Source: Alphaproteobacteria bacterium (GTDB lineage: Bacteria; Pseudomonadota; Alphaproteobacteria; Rickettsiales; UBA8987). From it: DNA of 64,000 nt. Shown in pieces: positions 38,440-46,621 of the stretch (position 1 is its first letter; each line of letters opens with the position of its first letter). The translations under genes and the position numbers were made by a program. The DNA is taken from NCBI GenBank assembly GCA_031426355.1, contig JANPLD010000068.1, positions 71,477-135,476 of the forward strand. Reading direction: 5' to 3'. The notes below the pieces were generated by a model. That model did not search any database, had not been told where the DNA came from, and saw nothing but the letters and a program-made list of their open reading frames with translations.

Positions 38440-40821
38440 TCATAATAAAACCTCTGTAATTGCCACCTCCCCCCGCCCGACTTTATCAGACATCTGGTAT
38501 ATTCTGGCGGTAAAGTTAGTTGCTAGAGAACCAAAGTCAGAACTCTGCATACCTTCAGTATAATTAAAACTTGGAGAGGTTATTTTCTCAGTCCTTTTTA
38601 AAGTAGAAGCATCGAAAATGTCTATTTCATATTCTTCCTTAGTTTCAAAAACAGGGATCTCTACACTTGAAGAAAAAGAGATATTACCGCGTGATCTTCT
38701 CAGCCATTGTATATTGATGTCATCATCCATTTCCCTTTCGGCAGAAATATGGACAGGTGAATATGGCTTTAATGAATTTCCAGAAAAGTTAATTTCTTTT
38801 GCGGTAACATCATCTGCACTTTTACCAAAGGTTACAGCTTTTATCCAGATAGTTTGGCCGATCTGTGAAACAGGCATCTCTATCTTTAAAACATTCTCAT
38901 CAAGCAGGATGAACCTGCTGCCTGCAGGATGAGTTTCACCTGCGTAATTTTCTGTACCCTGACGGCCGCGATATAAGTGGCTAAGCGTATATTTATTTAA
39001 TTCTGTCTGGTTGATATTTTTAAACTGAAAATTTTCATTTCCTATCAAAGCTAAATTTCCAAATGATTGTAGATTATCTTCTGTTAGTGATTCTAAAGTT
39101 CCACCGATCAAATTTATATTCAGCTGATTAATTTTATCAATAACAGGGGAGCTGAATTGTAACAGTTCAGTTTCAATAACTCCCATTGTTGCAGGGGAAA
39201 CAATATCAGTTATTTTCTGAAAACCTTCTGTTGCGGAAATATTGCTTACATATATTGCGCAACCATTCCAGTTAGAAGAAGTACCGCAGACAGCCAGATG
39301 CAGATATGCTTTATCTATTGAAGTTTCATTTGGCAAATGATGTGTATCAATTATCTCAAAATAAGTATCGGAGATAGGTTCCAGATTTTCACTGTTATAA
39401 TCAGTCGTAAGTTCCTCATTGGCGGAAGAATAAAAATCATTTTCAAATCTTATTGCAGATATTTTTATCTTGCCTTGCTGCGTGAGTGAGGAAATTATTT
39501 TCAGCTTATAGGTCTCATCATTTTTAATGATGTTCACTATATCGCCTGCTTCAATATATAAATATTCAGATGGCAGTGAGAATTCTATCTTCTGAGTTAT
39601 TGCTTCCTCTTCAAGAAGTAAAGTTTGTGCTATTTTTTCAGCATATGATCTGTTCAATAATAATGGCAGATTAATCTCAATACCGGATGAATTATTTTTA
39701 TCTTCGCGCGAGATGTCAAAATTTCCGACAAGGTAATTATTATTTTCCGATATATAATTAAGGCTGAGGTTTGAAGTAATATTCAGGCTAGATGCATTTT
39801 CAAACAGCATGGTCTCATTATTCTTTTCGAAAATTAATCTGCTAAAATCTATATTTATTTCTTCAGTGTTTTCACTCTGCCTTGGGAAGAATTTCACTTT
39901 ATCACTTTCAACAAAATCAAAAAAGTAACCTGATTGTAATGTTCGCAGGGCTTCTAAAGCTGTGATAGCACCCGAGAGATTATATCCGCTGACAAGTTTA
40001 TTAACATTATTTATTTCTGGAGTTTCAATACCGGCTTTTTTGCAGAGGTCAGAAATTATATTCTTAAGTTCAGCTACCCCTAATTTTCCATTTATCCAAT
40101 GGCCGCGGCTCCATAAATTTCCATCACCCCAGACATTTTTCATATCAGGGTAAAATGGATAGGACCTCGCATCATAAGCCCAAATAAATTTCTGCTCCAC
40201 CATTTCAGAATTCTGCCATTTTGCCAAGGTTCCCTGAAGCGCCGTTCTTTGCGCCAGAAAATCAATATATCCTTTGGATAAATATGGCAGGTTGCCATCA
40301 ACTGAATCAGGATTATAAAAAACATTTGGCTGATTGGCGCAGCCATCAACTGAAGGAAAACCAAACTCAGTGAACCATATTTTTTTACTTTGTGGTACAA
40401 ACTCTGTTTGTTCTGAATCAGGATTTGTATGAGTATTATTCCACCAATATTCAATATTTTTCCAAGCATCTTGAGGTGTTAAATCTGCTTTTACAGTGCG
40501 TTCTTCATCAGTGTAATACCAGTCATAACCTTCACCATTTTCCCAGCCGTCTATAATTTCTTGCTTATCGTATATTCCATTCTGCTCCCTGTCAGTGAGT
40601 GGGAAATATGCATCGATACCGATGAAATCTATATTGTCTGATGCCCATAGAGGATCCATATTATACCAGCCATTTGTGGAATGGTATTCACTCCAATCCG
40701 CTGCGTAACCTATTTTGGTTTCAGACCCCATTATTGTTTTAACTTCCTCTACAAGGGCTATCAGTTCGTCCACTGCCGAGAAACTATCATCAGCATCCTG
40801 AATTTGTGTCAGGCCTTTCAT
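38440..40821 (-). CDS. GTA host-specificity/tail-fibre protein (RcGTA g15-like), C-terminal fragment; the frame is actually open up to the frameshift at 40910..40915
   Basis: The 793-aa ORF begins inside the conserved …VDAFIIGSEMKGLTQI…TKIGYAADWSEY… TIM-barrel-like region of g15-type proteins. Upstream in the same frame, FFTKTNGYNNFILHYADLVKDKVDAFIIGSE is also readable. Confidence 0.8.
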   Translation of the reverse strand: MKGLTQIQDADDSFSAVDELIALVEEVKTIMGSETKIGYAADWSEYHSTNGWYNMDPLWASDNIDFIGIDAYFPLTDREQNGIYDKQEIIDGWENGEGYDWYYTDEERTVKADLTPQDAWKNIEYWWNNTHTNPDSEQTEFVPQSKKIWFTEFGFPSVDGCANQPNVFYNPDSVDGNLPYLSKGYIDFLAQRTALQGTLAKWQNSEMVEQKFIWAYDARSYPFYPDMKNVWGDGNLWSRGHWINGKLGVAELKNIISDLCKKAGIETPEINNVNKLVSGYNLSGAITALEALRTLQSGYFFDFVESDKVKFFPRQSENTEEINIDFSRLIFEKNNETMLFENASSLNITSNLSLNYISENNNYLVGNFDISREDKNNSSGIEINLPLLLNRSYAEKIAQTLLLEEEAITQKIEFSLPSEYLYIEAGDIVNIIKNDETYKLKIISSLTQQGKIKISAIRFENDFYSSANEELTTDYNSENLEPISDTYFEIIDTHHLPNETSIDKAYLHLAVCGTSSNWNGCAIYVSNISATEGFQKITDIVSPATMGVIETELLQFSSPVIDKINQLNINLIGGTLESLTEDNLQSFGNLALIGNENFQFKNINQTELNKYTLSHLYRGRQGTENYAGETHPAGSRFILLDENVLKIEMPVSQIGQTIWIKAVTFGKSADDVTAKEINFSGNSLKPYSPVHISAEREMDDDINIQWLRRSRGNISFSSSVEIPVFETKEEYEIDIFDASTLKRTEKITSPSFNYTEGMQSSDFGSLATNFTARIYQMSDKVGRGEVAITEVLL

Positions 40822-40856
40822 TTCTGAGCCGATGATAAATGCATCTACCTTATCTT

Positions 40857-42146
40857 TTACCAGATCAGCATAATGAAGAATAAAATTATTATACCCGTTG
40901 GTTTTAGTGAAAAAATATGAACTTCAGATGAATCGCAGGTTATATATCCGCGCCATGGCTTATCTATAATATCCATAAAAATCATCGGATAGAATTTTAC
41001 TTTTAGTCCTCTGTTTGTTGCTTCTTCTATAAATCTTAAAATACTTTCATCACTTGGTGTGCCGCCATAAATAGGGCGTTCATCTGCGTAAGTTACCAGC
41101 GCTGCAGTGTCGCGGTTATATCCAGCAACATGCCATTCAGTGGGAAAAGTTTTCGTCTGGGTTTTATATTCTACGCGTGGCGCAACAGTGCAAACATTTG
41201 CATCAAGTGAATTGCCAAACCAGCAGCAAACCAGACTTACATATTCAATATTTGGGAAATTATTTTGTAAATTATCCAAGGCAACTAATGCATCTGCTTT
41301 ACCGCTGGCATTATTCTGATTGATAAATTTTTCTTCACCGGTCTGGTGCCAGATACCTAAAATTTCCACCCCATCTTTTTTACTATGGGTTAAAGTATCA
41401 TAAACAAATTCGCCGCTTCCCGGTATAATATTCACTGCGGTAACATTATTTTCTAGATTGTTTTCATCTCCTGATATTTTTAAATTGCGGATTATCTCAA
41501 AAGTGAAATTCGGTATTCTGCCCCTAAATTCAGTTAGTTCAAAATCTTCAAAAACTATATAGGCAAGGCCACGATATGCAGGGGTTTTATTTTCACCTTC
41601 ATAAGATTCTATTACAGGGTCTGGAAGTTGGGTTTCATCCCCTTTATAGATACTGTAAGAAGCGCAGTAATCATTGGGATTGATCAGATTTGAATCTGCC
41701 CAGACACGGTCGACATAGTCAATTTCACCTTCGCATAATGCAATGGCGATATTTACGAAATAACGGAAATTAGTTTCGGTTTTCCTTTCTACTTTCGCGC
41801 TGCTGCCTTTACCGCCCTGATTGACAGGTGCTCTTTCTTCGACGATCCTGACATTGGTTGACCAGACGATATTACCGGCTATCCTTGTTTTGCCGTAAAT
41901 TATAGGGATCGCGTCACCATAAGAAGATTTCTGTATTGAGAAATCAGTTAGTTTTTTTCCTCGGATTATATTCTTTTCATTCTCACCGAAAAGGTTTGAA
42001 TCAATTGAATTGCCGAGCCTTGTGGCTCCGGCATTAAGCCCTTCTTTAACCTGACCCTCAACAATATTACCGAATACCGGGATCTGCGAAAGACCAAATG
42101 ATTCTACAAAACTATTTGATGCACTTGTTAATACTGTTGTTGTCAT
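40857..42146 (-). CDS. GTA host-specificity/tail-fibre protein (RcGTA g15-like), N-terminal fragment
   Basis: …YGKTRIAGNIVW…FRYFVNIAIALCEGEIDYVDRVWADSNLI…YKGDETQLPDPVIESYEG…PAYRGLAYIVFEDFELTEFRGRIPNFTFEI… matches the conserved N-terminus of alphaproteobacterial GTA g15 proteins. The last 30 or so residues are out-of-frame nonsense. Confidence 0.8.
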   Translation of the reverse strand: MTTTVLTSASNSFVESFGLSQIPVFGNIVEGQVKEGLNAGATRLGNSIDSNLFGENEKNIIRGKKLTDFSIQKSSYGDAIPIIYGKTRIAGNIVWSTNVRIVEERAPVNQGGKGSSAKVERKTETNFRYFVNIAIALCEGEIDYVDRVWADSNLINPNDYCASYSIYKGDETQLPDPVIESYEGENKTPAYRGLAYIVFEDFELTEFRGRIPNFTFEIIRNLKISGDENNLENNVTAVNIIPGSGEFVYDTLTHSKKDGVEILGIWHQTGEEKFINQNNASGKADALVALDNLQNNFPNIEYVSLVCCWFGNSLDANVCTVAPRVEYKTQTKTFPTEWHVAGYNRDTAALVTYADERPIYGGTPSDESILRFIEEATNRGLKVKFYPMIFMDIIDKPWRGYITCDSSEVHIFSLKPTGIIILFFIMLIW

Positions 42147-42158
42147 AACTTCATTAAT

Positions 42159-42584
42159 TTAGTTTTTGATTCTATAAATTTTTACTATCTTTGATCTCCA
42201 CACATCATTAAGGCGATGTTTCACCGCTTTGCCAATCTGGCTGTAACAGTGAATGAGTGCTAGGTTTTCATTATTATATTTCGTGATGAAGCCAGTATGC
42301 TGAGGGAATTTTCCGAACTTCATCAGAAATATATCACCTTCTTGCATCTTATTTTTTTCAATTGAAAGAAGCGAAGCTTCCATTTTTTCCTGCAGTAAAA
42401 ATGTTGAGGGGATACGGGAATATCCTGCTTCATCATTTTGCGTGAGGTCAACTTCGCAATTTTTCAGGACAGTTAGTACAAACCCTATGCAATCAACACC
42501 TATAGCAATATTCCTGCCTTGATGGACAAAGGGAACTCCGATCAGTTTTTCAGCTTCTGAGATTATTTTATTTTGTAAATCCAT
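42159..42584 (-). CDS. NlpC/P60-family cell-wall peptidase (RcGTA g14-like)
   Basis: 141 aa. …GVPFVHQGRNIAIGVDCIGFVL… provides the catalytic Cys context, followed by …HTGFI…LIHCY. Position between the g13- and g15-like genes. Confidence 0.8.
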   Translation of the reverse strand: MDLQNKIISEAEKLIGVPFVHQGRNIAIGVDCIGFVLTVLKNCEVDLTQNDEAGYSRIPSTFLLQEKMEASLLSIEKNKMQEGDIFLMKFGKFPQHTGFITKYNNENLALIHCYSQIGKAVKHRLNDVWRSKIVKIYRIKN

Positions 42585-42586
42585 AT

Positions 42587-43414
42587 CTATACTTTTAATA
42601 TCCTGTCTGTTCCCGGGATATGAGGTTCCCCACGAAAATTAATTATGTTGTCGAATTTGGAGATACAGGTTTGTGAATTTTTATCGCAGCCTACAGAGAC
42701 CTGATATTCATCACCTGTTTCAATATCTTTTATAAGAGAAGTAAGAAGTTTGAATTTGCCTTCTGTGAAATTTGCGATCTCTCTTATAGAACCAGAGTTC
42801 GCGCCGCTTAAGAATGTAATCACCCCTTTTGAGAAATAATTTTTCTCTTCAGTTCGCGCGGTATCAATGAATTCCATTTTATTTATTGTGAATGTAACTG
42901 CTCCTGAGAATGTATGGTCAGCAATATTTATTCCGCATTTGCTATCGCCAAATTTTGCTCTGCAATTAGGTGAGAAATTCTGTGATATTCTGTTTTTAAG
43001 TAATGAAGAATATCCTGATATCTCAATAAATAATTTATCGTCATCATATCTTATTTTTGAAATAAAACCTTTTTTGAGAATTAATTTCCCATCTTCAGGA
43101 GATTCATAATTCAGTAAAAATATTTCTATATCGGCAGAATCTAATTTACTTGATTCAACTTCAGTTTTTGAGATGATATCATCTTCAATAACACTTAAGA
43201 TACTTTCTTTTTTATTAACTGAAAACCCTGAATAATCAGCAAAGATATCAGATGACAGATAAGGTTTATAAATATTGCCGTCATATTGGAATTCCTTATC
43301 GAAACTGGTTAAGGCGATCACTGATCCATCCTTACAGGTAATAAGAATGAATTTTGCTAAGGTTGTTACTTCTTTTGCAAGATGCCCTTTTAAATTTTCG
43401 GAAATGTTTTTCAT
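42587..43414 (-). CDS. DUF2163 / BR0599-type phage protein (RcGTA g13-like hub protein)
   Basis: 275 aa. Contains …TLAKFILITCKDGSVIALTSFDKEFQYDGNIYKP… and the C-terminal CDKNSQTCISKFDNIINFRGEPHIPG motif typical of this family. Confidence 0.78.
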   Translation of the reverse strand: MKNISENLKGHLAKEVTTLAKFILITCKDGSVIALTSFDKEFQYDGNIYKPYLSSDIFADYSGFSVNKKESILSVIEDDIISKTEVESSKLDSADIEIFLLNYESPEDGKLILKKGFISKIRYDDDKLFIEISGYSSLLKNRISQNFSPNCRAKFGDSKCGINIADHTFSGAVTFTINKMEFIDTARTEEKNYFSKGVITFLSGANSGSIREIANFTEGKFKLLTSLIKDIETGDEYQVSVGCDKNSQTCISKFDNIINFRGEPHIPGTDRILKV

Positions 43415-44013
43415 ATTTTTACCTCTATCAATTCAATTTTTGACATTGAAGCTTTGGAGAAATTTTCTGTTGAGTATGAAAGGATATCTGAGTTGAAACG
43501 CGCCGGAACATCGAATTCGAAATCTGCTTTTACCACCACAGAATTTGCAGGAGGACTTGAAAAAGTAATAACTCCATTATTATTCCCGAGGGAAAATCCC
43601 GAAGCCTGCTTAATATTATCAAGATAGACCTATATGCTCTGCGGCACCGGTTTCGTAATTTTTCTCTCAATCTCATAAATCTCATCTCCGTATTTTTTAA
43701 TAAGCTGGAATTGTGTTTTTAAATTATTGCCTGTTCCGAGTATTTGGCCTTTCGCCTGAAAATCTGCCCAGTCTTTGAAGCGGAAGCCATAGGCCATACC
43801 CCGGCGTGCGATAAAGAAATCGCGGATCTTTTCTGCCTGAGCGGTAGAAATATTTTTGAAATCGATCTCATATTTCGCGCGAGGGATTGAATTATTTATA
43901 TTCCGCTTCTCGTGGCCGCTCGTCATTAAATTAACGGAAGTTGAGAATTCCTGACCACCTTGCGCTTTAAAAGAAATATCTGCGGGGAACCTTGCTTCGT
44001 GAAAATCTGTCAT
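43411..44013 (-). pseudogene. DUF2460 protein (RcGTA g12-like) interrupted by an in-frame TAG at 43630..43632
   Basis: The track ORF 43630..44013 (FHEARFPADISF…GGQEF…SGHEKRN…RRGMAYGFRFKDWADF…KPVPQSI*) stops at TAG. The same frame continues for 72 codons (VYLDN…GVITFSSPPANSVVVKADFEFDVPARFNSDIL…) to a TGA that overlaps the g13-like ATG. Together this is about 200 aa, the normal length of the family. Confidence 0.8.
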
Positions 44014-44109
44014 TGGGAATCTCCTATAAAATTATTCTGCGATAGAGATTATAAACTTCCTTTGATGCCGGATTTATATCGGCCTTGCCCCTATTCTCAA
44101 AACGATAGG

Positions 44110-44577
44110 CTATCTGGTAAAAAGCGCCGTTTTGATGATCTGTGGAACATTATCTGCTTCCTCACCATATCCGGCAAAGTAATCTATGTAGATAAACTTT
44201 GCAGAAGGAAGAACATCAAAAAAGAGGAAATATTTTGCCGGAGAAAGATAATAATTCGAAGCAGAAAATGCTGTTTCATCACCATTTTTATCTATCAATT
44301 TTACCGAGTCGATAGAACTTACCGGACCCATCGGCAAATCAACTTCCATTTCAGTTGAACTGCAATATGCAAGGCGCCATTTCTGTGTGATGAGAGAAGC
44401 CTTCATATATTTTTCAGCTTCGATACGAGCTGATTTTATAAGATCCTCAATAGTACTATTTTCTGCATCGCCGCTGATGCGTAAGAATTCCTTTACTTCA
44501 TCTGCTGTTACCGGTTCAATTTCCGGTTCAGTTAATTTTATCAATTCCGGTTTCCTGCTTTTAAAAATTCCGAACAT
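44110..44577 (-). CDS. gp6-type head-tail connector/adaptor (RcGTA g6-like), C-terminus displaced by a frameshift
   Basis: …PVTADEVKEFLRISGDAENSTIEDLIKSARIEAEKYMKASLITQKW… is the gp6-like N-terminal signature. The expected C-terminal …YRFENRGKADINPASKEVYNLYRRIIL* is readable in the -1 frame down to TAG 44024..44026. Confidence 0.75.
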   Translation of the reverse strand: MFGIFKSRKPELIKLTEPEIEPVTADEVKEFLRISGDAENSTIEDLIKSARIEAEKYMKASLITQKWRLAYCSSTEMEVDLPMGPVSSIDSVKLIDKNGDETAFSASNYYLSPAKYFLFFDVLPSAKFIYIDYFAGYGEEADNVPQIIKTALFTR

Positions 44578-44657
44578 GATGCTCCTTTATTTGTATGTTT
44601 AAAATCCTTCTATTTTTAAGATTATGTGCGAAAAAATATGTGCGGAAGGGTGAAAAT

Positions 44658-44694
44658 TCATGTGCCACACCATGAATAAGCATGGCACATGAAG
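44658..44694 (-). terminator. Hairpin/terminator immediately downstream of the capsid gene
   Basis: TTCATGTGCC (44658..44667) pairs with GGCACATGAA (44685..44694), with an inner CCATG/CATGG extension. On the minus strand it is followed by TTTTCACCC. Confidence 0.55.
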
Positions 44695-44701
44695 TAAAAA
44701 A

Positions 44702-45904
44702 CTAACTAGCTGCCAGTTTTAATAATTTGATCGCTTCAAAATTAACCACACCACCACCTACACGTTTAGTCGTGTAGAATTTCACGAATGGTTTTTCAGT
44801 GTATGGATCGCGGAGGATGCGGATACCTGTCCTATCAACGATCTGATATGCACGTTTAAAATCTGCAACGGCAACTGAAAGTGAGTTGGTTGCGGGAACC
44901 GGCATATCGGAAGCCTTAACCACTGGAACGCCGAGTAATGTATCAGGCGTTCCTGCTGTTAGGCCGGGCTGCCAGAGATATTGATTCGTAGTTGCTTCTT
45001 TCAGTAAACGAACTGCCTGAACTGTTGCTCTGTTCATCATGAAGGCGTTATTTGCATATTCATCTTTTAAAGCATAATAGAGTTTGATGAGTGAATCGGA
45101 AGTTACCGCGCCTGCTGAAAGTGAGCTGATCTGTTCAATCTGCCCGGCACCGGTTCCTGCGGTATAGGCAAGTATACCTTTTGGTTTGCCCGAACCATTA
45201 CCTGAAACAAAGGCAGTGTTTTCTTTGCGTGAGAAAACTTCCACCAGTTTTTCAGTAAGCCAGCTTTCAATATCAATTGACGAATCATCAATTAATTTTT
45301 GCGTTGCCTTAGGCTGTGCCACAAGCTCATATGCAGTGATAGAAAGCTTGCCGATCTGCGGTGTATCGGAATCAGAAACGGCAGCGGATTCTGAAGATGC
45401 CCAGTCTGCTCCAGCTTCGTCGCTATCTTCTATTATTTCGAAAACGTCAGATGAAAGTTGCGTAACATTTGCAACCTGCCTCATTGGTGAGCTTTCATAG
45501 ATGATGCGTGCAAGCTGCGCGCTCATTTGCGGTGTAACCAGATATCCGCCGTCTGCATCAGTGCCAACTGAAAGGGCTTTCTTCTCGAGGAAAGAAAGAT
45601 CACCTTCAACGCCTTTACGAACGTAATTGATGAAAGCTGCTTTATGTTCGCCTGCAATATTTGATGAAACATCGCTTTTATATTCACCACCAAGTGAGGG
45701 GCGGTTCAGAACTGTCTCAACACCGTCAAGACGGTTCTTGAATTCGTCTATTACATTATTTAATTTGTTAATATGATTTGTTGTTAAAGAATCCGCAGAG
45801 CCTTTTTTCTCTATCTCCTGCAGCCTCCTTTCATTAAGTTTTTTGAAATCATCCCATGCGGAGCCGAGTTCATCAACTTTTCTTGTTATTGTAGAAATAC
45901 TCAT
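44702..45904 (-). CDS. HK97-family major capsid protein (RcGTA g5-like)
   Basis: 400 aa. An N-terminal coiled delta-like region (…VDELGSAWDDFKKLNERRLQEIEKKG…) is followed by the HK97-fold body (…GGYLVTPQMS…, …NQYLWQPGLTAGTPDTLLGVPV…). Confidence 0.9.
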   Translation of the reverse strand: MSISTITRKVDELGSAWDDFKKLNERRLQEIEKKGSADSLTTNHINKLNNVIDEFKNRLDGVETVLNRPSLGGEYKSDVSSNIAGEHKAAFINYVRKGVEGDLSFLEKKALSVGTDADGGYLVTPQMSAQLARIIYESSPMRQVANVTQLSSDVFEIIEDSDEAGADWASSESAAVSDSDTPQIGKLSITAYELVAQPKATQKLIDDSSIDIESWLTEKLVEVFSRKENTAFVSGNGSGKPKGILAYTAGTGAGQIEQISSLSAGAVTSDSLIKLYYALKDEYANNAFMMNRATVQAVRLLKEATTNQYLWQPGLTAGTPDTLLGVPVVKASDMPVPATNSLSVAVADFKRAYQIVDRTGIRILRDPYTEKPFVKFYTTKRVGGGVVNFEAIKLLKLAAS

Positions 45905-45912
45905 AATTTTCC

Positions 45913-46422
45913 TTATTTTAAAATGTTAATTGTCTTGTCCAGTAAGGAGAGAAGCTCTGCTTCAGGCTCATCTGATTTTACACTGAGGATCTTTGCGGAA
46001 TCATTGGCCGGGAAAGTGACCAGACTTATTTCGAATAATTCTGCTTTTTTGATTACGCGAACTTCGGTTTCATCATCAATTTCAAAATCAGTGACCCTGA
46101 AACCAATGCTTAAGCCTTTCAGCGCACCGCTTTTGAGGAGTGCGTAAGCTTCGCGAGCGCGTTCGATCTCAAGTAGAAGCTGGCCTTCAACGTACAGTCC
46201 GTTGTCATCTTCTTCTATGTGAGTAAAAATCCCGATCGGTTCATCTGCGCGGTGTTGCCAGAGTAATTTTATTTCCCCGGCATTTTTGGTCAGATCTGAA
46301 AAAGCACCTTCCAGAATTATATCATCGTGATTATCTATAACGCCGAATACGCTGGCGTAACCTGAGAAAAAACCCTTTTTATTAAGAGATTTTATCTCAA
46401 GGGAATAATTATAATTTTGCAT
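45913..46422 (-). CDS. HK97-family prohead protease (RcGTA g4-like)
   Basis: 169 aa. GYASVFGVIDNHDDIILEGAF…LWQHR…PIG…LSIGF…EISLVTFPAN matches the S78/U35 prohead protease pattern. Confidence 0.88.
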   Translation of the reverse strand: MQNYNYSLEIKSLNKKGFFSGYASVFGVIDNHDDIILEGAFSDLTKNAGEIKLLWQHRADEPIGIFTHIEEDDNGLYVEGQLLLEIERAREAYALLKSGALKGLSIGFRVTDFEIDDETEVRVIKKAELFEISLVTFPANDSAKILSVKSDEPEAELLSLLDKTINILK

Positions 46423-46556
46423 AAGATAATTTATTAATGATTAAATCTAAAGTAAGACAATGCTTCACCTTACATTCTTAAGGTTATGGATGAAAAATAG
46501 AGTGCGGAAGGGAGCTGAATAAGATTTTGATTAAAATCTTTATTGTAAGAGGTGAA

Positions 46557-46592
46557 ATTATGCTCTATATTATGTTCTAGATTATGTTCTAG
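46557..46592 (+). promoter_or_regulatory. Three tandem 12-mers (ATTATGYTCTAK) upstream of recA; candidate operator/promoter element
   Basis: ATTATGCTCTAT / ATTATGTTCTAG / ATTATGTTCTAG at 46557..46568, 46569..46580 and 46581..46592. They end 29 nt before the recA ATG and contain GTTC-N8-GTTC. Confidence 0.45.
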
Positions 46593-46621
46593 TTTTCAAA
46601 AAAATTAATGATGTAGGTTTT

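Noticed and set aside
43960-44358. A 132-aa plus-strand ORF spanning the g6/g12 junction.
   Set aside because: It is antisense to two recognisable GTA genes, Arg/Cys/Ile-rich, and has no motif.
38440-46422. Interpreting the phage-like genes as an ordinary integrated prophage.
   Set aside because: There is no integrase, repressor, terminase, lysis or replication gene, and there are no att-like flanking repeats. The gene families (DUF2460, DUF2163, NlpC/P60, g15-type) and their order are those of alphaproteobacterial GTA clusters.
46574-46589. The recA-upstream GTTC repeats considered as a canonical alphaproteobacterial LexA box.
   Set aside because: The spacing is GTTC-N8-GTTC (12-nt period), not N7. 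It is kept only as a variant-operator hypothesis.
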